Assembly: GCA_030390025.1 (NCBI GenBank)
Contig: JASTWF010000048.1
Span: 2,046,001 to 2,110,000, forward strand
DNA from: Squalus acanthias
Taxonomy: Eukaryota
Length of the DNA: 64,000 bases
Reading direction: 5' to 3'
This document shows, piece by piece, positions 37,268 through 49,501 of the stretch. Made by a program: the position numbers and the translations under genes. Each line of letters starts with the position of its first letter. The first letter of the stretch is position 1. Under the pieces are notes generated by a model. That model was not told where the DNA came from and searched no databases. It was given only the letters and a program-made list of their open reading frames with translations.

Positions 37268-37550
37268 TCGAGGGGCTGAATGGCCTCCTCCTGTTCCTGT
37301 GTAACAGGCTCGAGGAGCTAAATGTCCTCCTCCAGTTCCTGTGTAACAGGCTCGAGGGGTTAAATGGCCTCCTCCTGTTCCTATGTAACAGATTCGAGGG
37401 GCTGAATGGCCACCTCCTGTTCCTGTGTAACAGGCTCGAGGGGCTGAATGGCCTATCCTGTTCCTGTGTATACGGTCCCGAGAATGCTTAATGGCCTTCT
37501 CCTGTTCCTATGTAACAGGCTCAAGGGGACTGAATGCCCTTCTGTTCCAT
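37268..37550 (+). repeat. 42-bp tandem repeat derived from CR1 3' UTR
   Basis: About 6-7 copies of tcgaggggctgaatggcctcctcctgttcctgtgtaacaggc, starting at 37268, 37310, 37352, 37394, 37436. Confidence 0.9.
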
Positions 37551-37591
37551 ATTAAACCATATTACAAGCTACCGTGTGGTTCATGGCCCTA

Positions 37592-37608
37592 GAGCGCCCT
37601 CTTCAGTC
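37592..37608 (-). promoter_or_regulatory. Putative CTCF-binding element (weaker)
   Basis: GACTGAAGAGGGCGCTC. Confidence 0.5.
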
Positions 37609-38048
37609 TCTGTGGAGAAAGAAAACACAGTGTCAGTGTGTAAAAGCCCGACAGACTTATTAGTTCATTTCCTTCTTTCTATCTTTCTTTTTTTCTTCCT
37701 GTGTATCTTTCTTCCTTTCTTTCTGTCTATCTTTCTTCCTTTTTTCTTCTTTTCAAAATTCTTTCTTTCTTTATATCATTCTTTCATTCACTCTTTCTCT
37801 CTTTTTCCGTTCTTCCTCTCTTTCTTTCCTTCTTCCTTTCTTTCTATCTTCCTTTCGTTCTATGGTTCTTCACTATATTTAATTAATCTTTCTTTGCAGC
37901 TTCGCAGTGCCTTTTTTAATCTAATTTGTCGCTTTTATTCCAGCCAGTCTGTTATTCTTGTCAAAAACACGTTCACTCTGCAAAATAAACCAAACAGGAA
38001 GAGGCACCGCGCTGTTTCAACATTAACAGGTGTGTCCTGCCGCTTTTG

Positions 38049-38087
38049 GGTTTTTGTTGAGCTCCTCCATCTCTCTGAGTCACTGTG
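38049..38087 (-). other. 23-RSS of A14
   Basis: CACAGTG-23-ACAAAAACC. Confidence 0.97.
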
Positions 38088-38599
38088 AAGACTCCAGGCG
38101 CAGTAATACACGGCCGAGTGATTCGCCTGCAGGCTGGAAGACTTCAGGTTGAACTCGTTGCCATTCGGTCGTTTGGCGGTGAAACCGTCCACCGTCCCCT
38201 CTGGATCCACGTGATTGGTAGTCTTGGAGTAAAACATCAACTGCGGCCCCTTCTCCGGGTCCTGTCTGTACCAGTACATGTATCCGCTACTGGCGCCCTC
38301 CACAACGCACTTTAGTTCCACTCGCTGCCCAGGAATATTGGAGAGAGCGGCGGGAGTCTGGCGGACAATCTCTGAGTTCACGCCTGGGAAAGAGATGGAG
38401 AGAGGATGAGGTCAGTAAACAGGGGCATTCTGGGTTGTGGGGAAAGAAAGAAGTAAAGAGCGAGAGAAAGAGAGAATGAAGGAAACAACGAAAGAAAGAA
38501 AGAAAAACGAAATACTAACGAAAGTTTATTAACAAAGATTATTGTGTGAAAAAATCACTTACTTTGAAATAAGATCATGAGACTCAGTAACAGATACAT
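38088..38599 (-). CDS. TRBV: TCR beta V segment family A (A14), apparently functional; exons 38563-38599 and 38088-38383
   Basis: Leader MYLLLSLMILFQ; V VNSEIVRQTP..ELKCVVEGASSGYMYWYRQ..YYCAWSL. Confidence 0.92.
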
Positions 38600-39786
38600 C
38601 TTTAACTTTAAGCTTTACTTTTAAAAGTGAAATCAGCAAAAACAAGAGCGTTGAGTCTTCTGAGGATCCAACCCGCTTTTTTCAAAGCGGAAGGAAGTGA
38701 TGCAGGCCCCTCCCTCTCTGATTGACAGCATCGCACCTCCACTCCCAGGCTGATTAACAGCCCCGCCCATTCCCACGCTGATTGATAGACCCGCGCTCTC
38801 ACTCTCTGAAACATGGTCCCGCTCCTCCCACGCTGATTGACAGTCCAGCCCCTCCCTCTCTGTTTGGCAGGAAGTAAAGCAGACGGGAGCAGAAAGTTGC
38901 AAACTTGACCGAAGCAGCTGCGTGAATGAGAAAACAACAGCGGCAGGTAGAGTTTATCGTGGAACGTGGGCAAGTATGAGGTCATGCACTGGGGGCCTGA
39001 GGAAGAAACATCAGTGTATTTTCTAACTGATGAGAAGCTGGAAACTGTCGATGAGCAAAGAAATTTAGTTGGCCAGGTAAATAAATCACTAAAAGCCAGG
39101 ATAGAGTTGCAAAAAAGAATCAAACACATTAATGGAATGTTGGCCTTTATGTCAAGGAGGCTGGAATGCAAAAGGGAGGAAGTTATGCTTCAGTTGGACA
39201 GAGCTCTGGTCAGACTCCATCTGGTAAACTAGGTTCAGTTCTGGGGAACGCACCTCAGGAAGGACGTTTTGTCCTTGGAGGGAGTGCAAGGTAGATTCAC
39301 CAGAATGATACCAGGGCTTAGAGGGTTAAATTATGAAAACAGGTTGCATAGACTAGGCTTGTCTGCCCTTGAGTATAGAAGATTGAGGGGTGAACTGATT
39401 TAGTCTTTTAATGTTAAGAGGAGTTGACAGGGTAGATAGAATGAAAGTATGTCCAATGCTGGCGGAGTCCAGAACAACGGGGCATAACTTTACAGTGAGA
39501 GCTAAGCCTTGCAGGTGTGAGGGCAGGAAGCACTTCTTCACACAAAGGGCAGTGAGAATCTTCAACTCTCTACCCCAAAACGATGTGGGTGTTGGCGGAT
39601 CAATTGGAGATTTCTAGACCGAGATTGATAGATTTTTTCTGGAGTAAGTAGATCAAGAGATAGTCAGAAAAAGTGGATTAATGGATTTAAGATAAGTTTC
39701 AGCTATGATCCAGTAGAATGTCGAAGCAGGCTTGAAGAGCTGAATCGCCTCCTGTGTTCCAGGCAACGAAGTGTTTCATGGTCCTG

Positions 39787-39804
39787 CAGCGCCCTCTGCT
39801 GTCC
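39787..39804 (-). promoter_or_regulatory. Putative CTCF-binding element
   Basis: GGACAGCAGAGGGCGCTG. Confidence 0.6.
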
Positions 39805-40420
39805 CTGTGGGGCAACACAGCTTCCGTCGTCAAAAACCCAGCCGTCTGTTTACTTTCATTCTTTCGTTCTTTCTTTCGTTCTTTCGTTCCTTCTTTGTTT
39901 CATTCTTTCATTCTTTTTTCTTTCTGCCTTTCTTTCTCTATCCTTTTCGTTTTATTTCTCTTTGATTATATAGCTCTTTCCTTCGTTACCTGTATCTTTA
40001 TTTCCCTCTTTCTCTCTTTTCCTAATGCCTTCTTTCCTTTCTTTCTTTTTGCATTAATTATTTTCGTTTGTTTTGCTCAGACCCAACTCCACCTACCTCT
40101 GAAATCCAGCGAACTCGGCTGCCTGAATGTGCTCAACACTTCAGACAGGACTTGTTGATGTTGTGACCCATCAACATATCCTTTTATTCCTTATTCCTTC
40201 ATGTGTTGATGTAGATTCCCCTTAAATGCATCTATGCTACTCGACTCAAGTATCCCTTTGGTAGCGAGTTCAATGTTCTCGCCATTCTCTGAGCAAAGAA
40301 GTTTCTCCTGAATTCCCTATTTGGATTTATTAGTGACTATCTTATATTTATGACACCGAGCTTTGGTCTTCCCCACATGTGGAAACATTTTCGATTCATC
40401 GATCCTATCGAAACACTTTC

Positions 40421-43400
40421 ATTTGTTTTTGGTTTTTTTATTCGTTTTTATGAGATCATGGCGTCGCTGGCAATACCAGCATTTATTGCCCATCCCTAGT
40501 TGCCCTTGAGATTGTGGTGGTGAGCCGCCTTCTTGAACCGCTGCAGTCCGTTTGGTGAAGGTTCTCCCACAGTGCTGTTAGGGAGGGAGTTCCAGGATTT
40601 TGACCCAGCGACGATGAAGAATCGGCGTCATATTTCTAAGTCAGGATGGTGTGTGACTCGGAGGGGAACTTAGAGGTGGTGGTGTTTACATGCGCCTGCT
40701 GCCCTTGTCCTTCCAAGTGGATGAGGTCGCGGGTTTGGTAGGTGCTGCCGAAGAAGCCTTGGCGAGATGCTGCAGTGCATCTTGTAGATGGTACACACTG
40801 CAGCAACGGTACGCCAGTGGTGGAGGGTGTGAATGTTTAAGGTGGTGGATGGGGTGTCAATCAAGCGGTCTGCTTTGTCCTGGATGGTGTCGAGCTTCTT
40901 GAGTGTTGTTGGAGCTGCACTCATCCAGGCAAGTGGAGAGTATTCCATCACACTCCTCACTTGTGCCTTGTAGATGTTGGAAAGACGTTGGGGAGTCAGG
41001 AGGTGAGACACTCACGGCAGAATACCAGCCTCTGACCTGCTCTTGTTGCCACAGTATATATGTGGCTGGTCCAGTTAAGGTTCTGGTTAATGGTGACCCC
41101 CCAGGATGTTGATAGTGGGGGATTCGGCGATGGTAATGCCTTTGAATGTCAAGGGGAGGTGGTTAGACTCTCGCTTGTTGGAGATAGTCATTGCCTGGCA
41201 CTTCTGTTGCGCGAATGTTACCTGCCACTTATCATCCCAAGCCTGAACATCGTCCAGGTCTTGTTGCATGCAGGCATGGACTGCTTCATTATCTGAGGAG
41301 TTGTGAATGGCGCTGAACACTGTGCAGTCAGCAGCGAACATCCCCATTTCTGACCTTTTGTTGGAGGGAAGGTCATTGATGAAGCAGCTGAAGATGGTTG
41401 GGCCCAGGACTCTGACCTGAGGAACTCCTGCAGCGATGTCCTGGGGCTGTGATGATTGACCTTCAAACACCATAACCATCTTCCTTTGTGCTAGGTATGA
41501 CTACAGCCAGTGGAGTGTTTTCCCCCTGATTCCCATTGACTTCAGTTTTACTAGGGCTCCTTGATGCCACACTCGGTCAAATGCTGCCTTGATGCCAAGG
41601 GCAGTCACTCTCACCTCACATCTGGAATTCAGCTCCTTTGTCCATGTTTGGACCAAGGCTGTAATGAGGTCGGGAGACGAGTGGTCTTTTTGCGGAACAC
41701 AAACTGGGCATCAGTGAGCAGGTTATTGCTGAGTGAGTGCTGCTTGATAGAACTGTCGATGACACCTTCCATCACTTTGCTGATGATTGAGAGTAGACTG
41801 ATGGGGCGGTAATTGTCCGGGTTGGATTTGTCCTGCTTTTTGTGGACAGGACATACCTGGGCAGTTTTCCACATTGTCGGATAGAAACCAGTGTTGTAGC
41901 TGTACTGGAACAGCTTGGCTAGAGGCGTGGCTAGTTCTGGAGCACAAGTCTTCAGCACGATAGCCGGGATGCTGCCGGGGCCCATAGCCTTTGCTGTATC
42001 CAGTTCGCTCAGCCGTTTCTTGATATCACGTGGAGTGAATTGAATTGGCTTCTGTGATGGTGGGGACCTCGGGAGTAGGCCGATATGGATCATCCACTCG
42101 TCCCTTCTGACTGAAGTTAGTTGCAACAACTTCAGCCTTATCTTTAGCCATCACGTGCTGGGCTCCGCCATCATTGAGGATGGGGATATTCATGGAGCCT
42201 CCTCCTCCCGTTAAATGTTTAATGGTCCACCACTATTCACGACTGGATGTGGCAGGACTGCAGAATTTTGATCTGATCCGTTGATTGTGGGATCGCTTAG
42301 CCCAGTGTTTAGCATGCTGCTTCCGCTTTTTAGCATGCAGGTAGTCCTGTGTTGCAGCCTCCCCAGGTTGGCACCTCATTTTTAGGTACGCCTGGTGCTG
42401 CTCCTGGTATGCTCTTCTACACTTTTTGTTGAACCAGGGTTGGTCCCCTGGCTTGGTGGTAATGGTAGAGTGAGGGATATGCCGGGCTCTGAGGTTACAT
42501 ATTGTGGTGGAATAAAATTCTGCTGCTGCTGATGGCCCACAGCGCCTCATGGATGCCCAGTTTTGAGCTGTTAGATCTGTTCTGAATCTATCCCATTTAG
42601 CACGGTGGTAGTGCCACACAACACGATGGAGGGTGTTCTCAGTGTGAAGACGGGACATCGTCTCCACAACGACTGTGCTGTGGTCACTGCTGCCAATGCT
42701 GTCATGGGCAGATGCATCTGCGACAGGTAGATTGGTGAGGAGGAGGTCAAGTAGGTTTTTCCCTCTTGTCGGTTCACTCACCACCTGTCGCAGGCCCAGA
42801 CTGGCAGCTATGTCCTTCAGGACTCGGCCAGAACGATCAGTAGTAGTGCTACCGAGCCACTCTTGGTGATGAACTTTGAAGTCCCCCACCCAGAGTACAT
42901 GCTGTGCGCTTGCTACTATTAGTGCTTCTTCCAAGTGGTGTTCAACATGGAGGATTACTGATTCATCAGCTGAGGGAGGGTGGTAGGTGGTAATCAGCAG
43001 GAGGTTTCCTTGTCCATGCTTGACCTGAATCCATGGGACTTCATGGGGTCCGGAGTCAATGTTTTGAACTCCCAGGGCCACTCCTTCCCGACTGTATACC
43101 ACTCTGCCACCACCCCTTGTGGGACTGTCCTGCCGGTGGGACAGGACATACCCAGGGATGGTGATGGAGGAGTTCGGGACATTGGATGAAAGGTATGATT
43201 ATGTGAGTATGACTATGTCAGGATGTTGTGTGACTAGTCTGTGGGACAGCTCTCCCAATTTTGGCACAAGTCCCCAGATGTTGGTGTTGCATGGTTGTCT
43301 GGGCTGGGTGTGCCGTTGTCGTGTCCGTAGCCGATGCCGAGGTCGATGCCAGTTGGACCGTCCGGTTTCAATCTTATTATTGTGTTTCGTAGCGGTTAGT

Positions 43401-43600
43401 TACAACTGAGTGACTTGCTAGGCCATTTGAGAGGGCAGTTAAGAGTCAACCACATTGCTGTGTGTCTGGAGTCACATATAGGCCAGACCAGTTAAGGACG
43501 GCAGATTTCCTTCATTAAAGGACATTAGTGAACCAGATGAGTTTTTCCGACAATCCGATAGTTTCATGGTTAGCATTACTGATACTAGCTTTTTATTCCA
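40421..43600 (-). mobile_element. Near-complete degenerate APE-RT non-LTR retrotransposon (CR1/L2-group LINE)
   Basis: Endonuclease ORF 42233-43102 (VGDFKVH, NLLDLLLT, SSDH); RT fragments NYRPISLLSIISKVME, GVPQVRVLGPTIFSCFINDLP, MFAADCTV; A-rich tail at ~40425-40445; frameshifted. Confidence 0.92.
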
Positions 43601-44272
43601 CAGTTGAGGACACCGTCAGGCGGCAGGAGTCACAGTAACAAACATATCTGAAGATGCAGCTCGCTTATGCAAAGTGTGAACCATCGGTGAGGGTTAGCAT
43701 TATCTGTTTCCTAATTGTATAGAGTGTTTTCCTTAGAGCAGAGAATGTTAGGTGGAGATTTAATAGAAACAGTAAAAATGATGAAGAATGTTGATATAGA
43801 GTTAATAAGGAGAAAATGTTTCCAGTGGCAGAAGGTTCGGTAACCAGAGGTCACAGATTAAGACAATTGGAAAAAGAACCAGAGGGCGAGATAAGTAGAA
43901 TTATTTTACTCAGCAAGTTATGTTATGCAATGCACTGCTTGGAAGTGTGGTGGAAGCAGATTCAACAGAGAGAGCGTTCATAGTTCCTTCACAGAGCCGG
44001 CACAGACTGGAAATTTGTACACATATCAATTTTTAGNNNNNNNNNNNNNNNNNNNNNNNNNNNNNNNNNNNNNNNNNNNNNNNNNNNNNNNNNNNNNNNN
44101 NNNNNNNNNNNNNNNNNNNNNNNNNNNNNNNNNNNNNNNNNNNNNNNNNNNNNNNNNNNNNNNNNNNNNNNNNNNNNNNNNNNNNNNNNNNNNNNNNNNN
44201 NNNNNNNNNNNNNNNNNNNNNNNNNNNNNNNNNNNNNNNNNNNNNNNNNNNNNNNNNNNNNNNNNNNNNNNN

Positions 44273-44720
44273 ATAGATAGAGAGAGGGAAAGAGAGATAT
44301 AGCTAGATAGATAGATAGATAGCCAGATAGATAGATATATAGATAGATAGACCGATAGTTAGTTAGATAGATAGAGAGATAAATAATAGATAGACCGATA
44401 GATAGATAGATAGATCGATAGATAGATAGATAGCCTCTCACATCTCTCTACCACTGTCTCACTGCATTTCTCTGCGTCTCTCTGCCTCTCTCTCTGCCCA
44501 TATCTCTCCGCTCTCACTATCTCCCTCCCCTTGCTCTCTCTCTCCCCTTATCTCTCGCTCCTTCTCACACTATTTCCCTCTCCCAGTATTTTTTCTCACC
44601 CTCTCTCCCTCTCCATTTCTCCCCTCTCGCAATCTCTCTCACTCTCCTCTCTCTCTCTCTTTCCCTTTCTCTCCTCTCTCACTCTCCCTCTCCTTCTCCC
44701 TCTTTCCGTCACTCTCCACC
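44273..44720. repeat. (TAGA)n followed by (CT)n-rich tract
   Basis: Simple repeats seen directly; similar (TAGA)n at 36077-36380. Confidence 0.95.
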
Positions 44721-44771
44721 TACTAATTAAGTGAATGGGAAAATATCCATTCACATCGGTTTCATTTACAG

Positions 44772-45067
44772 GAGCGCCGACCGAAACACTTATCCAAAGG
44801 CCCAGATTTCTCACCGGTTTCCAATCGGGCTCGGTGATTGTGACACGTTTTGTACCCAAAGACCATCACAGAACCTATTGGTATCGACAGGCTCCAAACC
44901 TGGTCTGGGAGCTCCTGATCTACGCGTATCGGATGGACATCCCCGAGATATCCGAGGGGTTGAAAGAGCGAGTGCATGCATTCAGGGGAATGGACGATTC
45001 CTACCACCTCAATCTGACCAAACTGCAGCCCAGTGAAACAGTTGTGTGTTACTGCGCTAGCATTCTC
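44772..45067 (+). pseudogene. Divergent, inverted TCR V relic (family D, D15)
   Basis: Acceptor tttacag|G; APTETLIQRPRF..VIVTRFV(first Cys>Arg)..TYWYRQAP..ELLIY..LNLTKLQPSETVVCYCAS; no intact RSS or leader seen. Confidence 0.8.
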
Positions 45068-45122
45068 TACTGCATCTAAATTAAACTTACTTTGCACCTT
45101 CTCCGGTGCATTTAAATCTAAT

Positions 45123-45864
45123 GGCCCAAAAATTAGTGAGGGAGACTTCGTGCGAGGGTAAGGCTTCCCCGCGGTCTCTCACTGCACGCTGGCTTTTTCA
45201 TTCACAGCTCGCACAAACTTGATGTTCTGGACAGCAGCTGTGCAGGGCTTCCGTATCCCACAGGCGCAGTTAATTCGTGCGAGCTGTGGGATCACGTGAC
45301 TCAGGTAGAGCCAATGGCAGCACACCATCTTTCATTCATAGCTTTCACAACAAGTGCTGTGAAAGTTATGAATCTATACCCCCCAAAAGAACAGCTAAAT
45401 CTCAATTATTTTTTTTTAAAAACCATCACATTAATAAAATAAGTATAGTTAATTAAATTAACCATTTTAAACAAAAAATTAAATTTTTGAAAAAATTTAA
45501 AATCTTTTAAAAAGTTATAAAAATAAACTTACCTTTCTTTAAAGTCTGTAAAAAAGATATACCTGTTGAAAAACATTCAAAATAATAATGAATTAACTAC
45601 TTACCTTGTTAAAAGAGGGTCTTACGCCTCCTTTCTTTTGGTGCAAAATCTTCCATACTTACCTGCGCGTTCAAAGCACTGAGTGCACTGCGTGCGCGCA
45701 GCCTGTAGCGCGCACGCGGTTCACCTAGGAACCGCCCCCTTTTGAAATCACCAAGTGCCGGTTTTCAGCGCATGCGCAGTGCATGCAGAAAACCGGCAAT
45801 TGGAGATAGAATACGCGAGAGTACACAGTGCGTACTCTCGCGTAGCAACACTAATTTTTGGGCC
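45123..45864. mobile_element. Non-autonomous DNA transposon (PIF/Harbinger-like MITE)
   Basis: Perfect 16-bp TIRs ggcccaaaaattagtg (45123-45138) / cactaatttttgggcc (45849-45864); 3-bp TSD AAT; empty site tctaatctctca in paralogous V flanks. Confidence 0.85.
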
Positions 45865-45982
45865 AATCTCTCACGATTCTTTTGACGCGCTTCTAAAACA
45901 CGTTCGCTCTGTAAAAAAAAAAACATTACAGGACGAAGCACCGCGCGGTGTTAACTCAAACAGGTGTTTCCTGCCGCTTTGG

Positions 45983-46021
45983 GGTTTTTGTTGAGCTCCT
46001 CCATCTCTCTGAGTCAATGTG
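45983..46021 (-). other. 23-RSS of A16
   Basis: CACATTG-23-ACAAAAACC. Confidence 0.9.
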
Positions 46022-46642
46022 AAGACTCCAAGCGCAGTAATACACGGCCGAGTGATTCGCCTGCAGGCTGGTGGACCGCAGGGTGAACGCGTTGCCATTC
46101 GGTCGCTCGGCGGTAAAACCAGCCCCCGTCCCCTCTGCAGTTACAATTTGTACAGTTCGGGAGATAAACATCAAATGCGGATCCTTCCCCGGATATTGTC
46201 TGTACCAGTACATGTTCGGGGTACTTGCTCCCTTCACAATTAATTTGAGTTCCACTCCATCCCCGGGAAATCTGGAGACAGCGGCGGGAGTCTGGCGGAC
46301 AGTCTGCGACTTCACATCTGGGAAAGAGACAGGGAGAGGAGGAGGTCAGTAAACAGGGNNNNNNNNNNNNNNNNNNNNNNNNNNNNNNNNNNNNNNNNNN
46401 NNNNNNNNNNNNNNNNNNNNNNNNNNNNNNNNNNNNNNNNNNNNNNNNNNNNNNNNNNNNNNNNNNNNNNNNNNNNNNNNNNNNNNNNNNNNNNNNNNNN
46501 NNNNNNNNNNNNNNNNNNNNNNNNNNNNNNNNNNNNNNNNNNNNNNNNNNNNNNNNNNNNNNNNNNNNNNATTAACAAGAATTATTTTTTGAAATAATCC
46601 CTGACCGTGAAACAAGATAATTACACCCAGTAACAGATATAT
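46022..46642 (-). pseudogene. TRBV: TCR beta V family A pseudogene (A16)
   Basis: Start ATG>ATA (leader 46606-46642); first Cys>Leu (ELKLIV); V exon 46022-46317; heptamer CACATTG. Confidence 0.88.
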
Positions 46643-48177
46643 TTTTTGCTGGAATTTTTTCCCTTAATAATGAAAGGAGCTAGAACAGGAGACATGTGTC
46701 TTGTGTGGATCCAACCCGTTCTGTTCAAATCACTGAGGAAAACATGAAGAGCGTGATGAAGTGATGCAGCTTTGGACAGCCCCGCCTCTTCCTCTCTGAT
46801 TGTTAGCCCAGCTACTCCCTCTCTAATTAGAGAAGACGGGAGCTGAAAGTTGCAATGCAGACATGTACGGATCAATTGAATGAACACAACAGAGGAAGAT
46901 GGAGCTTAATGTGGGCAATGTGAGATCATCCACTGCCAAACGAAAAAAGAGAGATCAGAAAATGTACCAAATGATGAAAAACTGGGAACTGTGGAGGTGC
47001 AAAGGGACTTAGGTTTCAAGCTTCATAAATCAATTAACGCTGTTAGACAGGTACAAAAATCAAAAAGGCTAATGGAATGTTCGCCTTTATCTCAAGGGTG
47101 TTGGGATACAGAGGAGCGAAAGTTATGCTTCAGTTGTACTGAGTCCTGGTCAGACTCCATCTGGAACAGGACGACCAGTTCTGGGCAACACACATCAGGA
47201 AAGAGATATTGGCCTTGGAGGGAGTGCAGCGAAGATTCACCAGAATTATACCGGGGCTTAGAGGGTTAATTATGAGGACAGATTACATAGACTAGGCTTG
47301 TATTCCACTGATTATAGAAGATTGAGCAGTGATCCTACTGAGGTGTTTAAAATGTTAACAGTATTGGAGACTGTAGATAGAGAGAAGGTATTCCCTCTGG
47401 TGAGGGGCAGTCCAGAACTTGGGGCCATCAGCTGAGCATGAAAGCGAGGCCGATCAGGGGTCTTGTCTGGAAGCACTTCTTGACACAAAGAGTCGTTGAA
47501 ATCTGGCATTCTCTCGCCCAATTGGCTGTTGAGGCTAGAGATCAATTCGAGATTTCGAAACATAGATTTTTGATCGGTAAGTGTATCATGGGTTACGGAA
47601 GCAGCTGGAGTCTTTGTTCCGATGCTGAACATCACACTATCGGAAATATATCAATCCTTTAGAGAGGGTGCAGAGGAGATTTAATAAATGGTACCAGGGA
47701 CGAGGGTCTCCAGTCACATTGAGAGACTAGAGAAGATGGGATTGTTCTCCTTAAGGCATGTACGAATAAGGGGGGATTTAATGGAAGTGTTCAAAATCAC
47801 GAAAGGATTTTGCTAAAGTAAATCAGGAGAAACTGTTTCCAGTAGCAGGAGCTTCGGTAACCAGTGGGCACAAATTTAAGGACCAGATAAGGGTATGAAG
47901 ACTTCTTATTGTACAGCGTGTTGTTATGGTTTGGAATGCACTGCCCGAATGGATGGAGGAAGCAGATTCAATAATAACTTTCCAAAGGCAATTGGTTACA
48001 AACTTGAACCGGGACGGTTACTGCGCTATGGAGCAAAGGCACGGGAATAGGACTAATTGGATAGCTCTATGAAAGCCCCAGTACAGGCACGTGGGGCAGA
48101 ATGACCTCCTTCCGTTCTGTACCATTTTATGATTCTATGACCTGGTGGCAGAGTAGTTGCACCGAAATAAAATCTAG

Positions 48178-48196
48178 TGCTGCCACCTGGTGGCGG
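48178..48196 (-). promoter_or_regulatory. Putative RSS-proximal CTCF element (B17)
   Basis: CCGCCACCAGGTGGCAGCA, near-perfect CTCF core. Confidence 0.7.
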
Positions 48197-48230
48197 ACAA
48201 TGTGCACAAAACTCCCATTCATCCGCTGCA

Positions 48231-48269
48231 GGTTTTTGCAGCTGAGGAGCCGCTTTCTCAAACGCTGTG
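48231..48269 (-). other. 23-RSS of B17
   Basis: CACAGCG-23-GCAAAAACC. Confidence 0.92.
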
Positions 48270-49184
48270 CGGTAATACAAGCATAGTAATAGACAGCGCT
48301 GTGAGAGGGAGAGGCGGCGCTCAGTTCCGAAGTAAACAGCGTAGTTCTTCTTCTTTCTGCCTTAAAAGACTCGGCCGTGTAGCTCGTAACAGCATCTGCT
48401 CCAGCAGAAAAGAAAAGAGCTTCTAGTACCCGGTCGGGTTGTTGTCTGTACCAGAACATGTTGGGATAAGCAGTATTCGTCAGCGTGCATCTGAGCGTGG
48501 TCGACTGTCCTGCTCCAATCGATAGGACAGAAGGCGACTGCTCCACGTACGAGGCGAGTATTTCTGTCGAATGCAACATCGATTAATTTCTTATTTTTGT
48601 CAATAATTGGTTAGAGCGCACACCACAGAGAAAAAAAACTCCCATTCATAAAGCGCCACTCACGACCACAGAAAGTCACAACGCTGTTTACAACAAATGA
48701 AAGACAGATTAAAGTGTAGTCATCGTTGTAATGTAGGAAAGGAGCCAGCCAATTTGAGCTCAGCAATCTCCCACAAATTGCATTGAAGTAAATCACCAAT
48801 ACATCTGGGTTTTGGTGTTTGTTGTGAGATTAATGCTGGCATAGGACACCGGCGACAACTTCGCTGCTCTTCTTCCAATAGTGCAATGGGTTAATTGACG
48901 TCCACCTGAGCTCGTTTTAAGGCCTTATCTGAAAGACGGAACCTCCGAAAGTGCAGCACTCCCTCAGTGCTGGTCTCGGGAGTGCCAGCATAGATTTTCT
49001 TCTCAAGTCTCAGGAATAAGACTCCAACCCAAATCCTCTGATTCGGAGGCAAGGTTTCTAACAGCTGAACAAGAGCTGACATTATAATACATTATTCTAC
49101 AAAGACCTCTGCATAAATGTGTTACTTTGACTTACGTGGGATCAGTGTCAGCATCAACGTTAGATAATGAGCTTCATGAAACAT
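48270..49184 (-). CDS. TRBV: TCR beta V family B (B17): open frame but second conserved Cys>Tyr (YYYAC); exons 49136-49184 and 48270-48563
   Basis: Leader MFHEAHYLTLMLTLIP; promoter AGGAAGTGACGTGG at 49303-49316. Confidence 0.75.
48635..49080 (-). mobile_element. Deu-domain SINE in B17 intron
   Basis: Paralog of 16158-16603. Confidence 0.75.
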
Positions 49185-49501
49185 GATTTATTTATTCGAC
49201 ACTGCCTCGCTGTGTGATCGAGTGTAGCTCAATACCACTTTTGAAGGCAGTTTGTCTGTTGGATCTGATTAAATACGAAGCGTCCGGTTGTAATTGTTAC
49301 TCCCACGTCACTTCCTGCATAACCCACGCTCCTTCCCATTCCTTTGGTAGTTCAGCAACTTCAATGAACCGTACAGCACGGAAGGTTAAGGAGAGAAGGA
49401 ATAGGTGTGTTCAAAATCATGAACGGTTTAGAGAGAGTTAATACGGTGAAACTATATCCACTAGCAATATGTTAGATAACTAGAGCACACAGACTTAAGA
49501 T

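Noticed and set aside
37268-37550. CRISPR-like regular repeats
   Set aside because: Eukaryotic DNA; head-to-tail tandem units with no unique spacers.
39787-39812. GGGACAGCAGAGGGC resembles the conserved Dbeta core GGGACAGGGGGC; a minus-strand CACAGGG-23-ATGAAACAC also overlaps it
   Set aside because: No correctly placed flanking 12/23 RSSs and the nonamer matches only 5/9; a CTCF motif explains it better.
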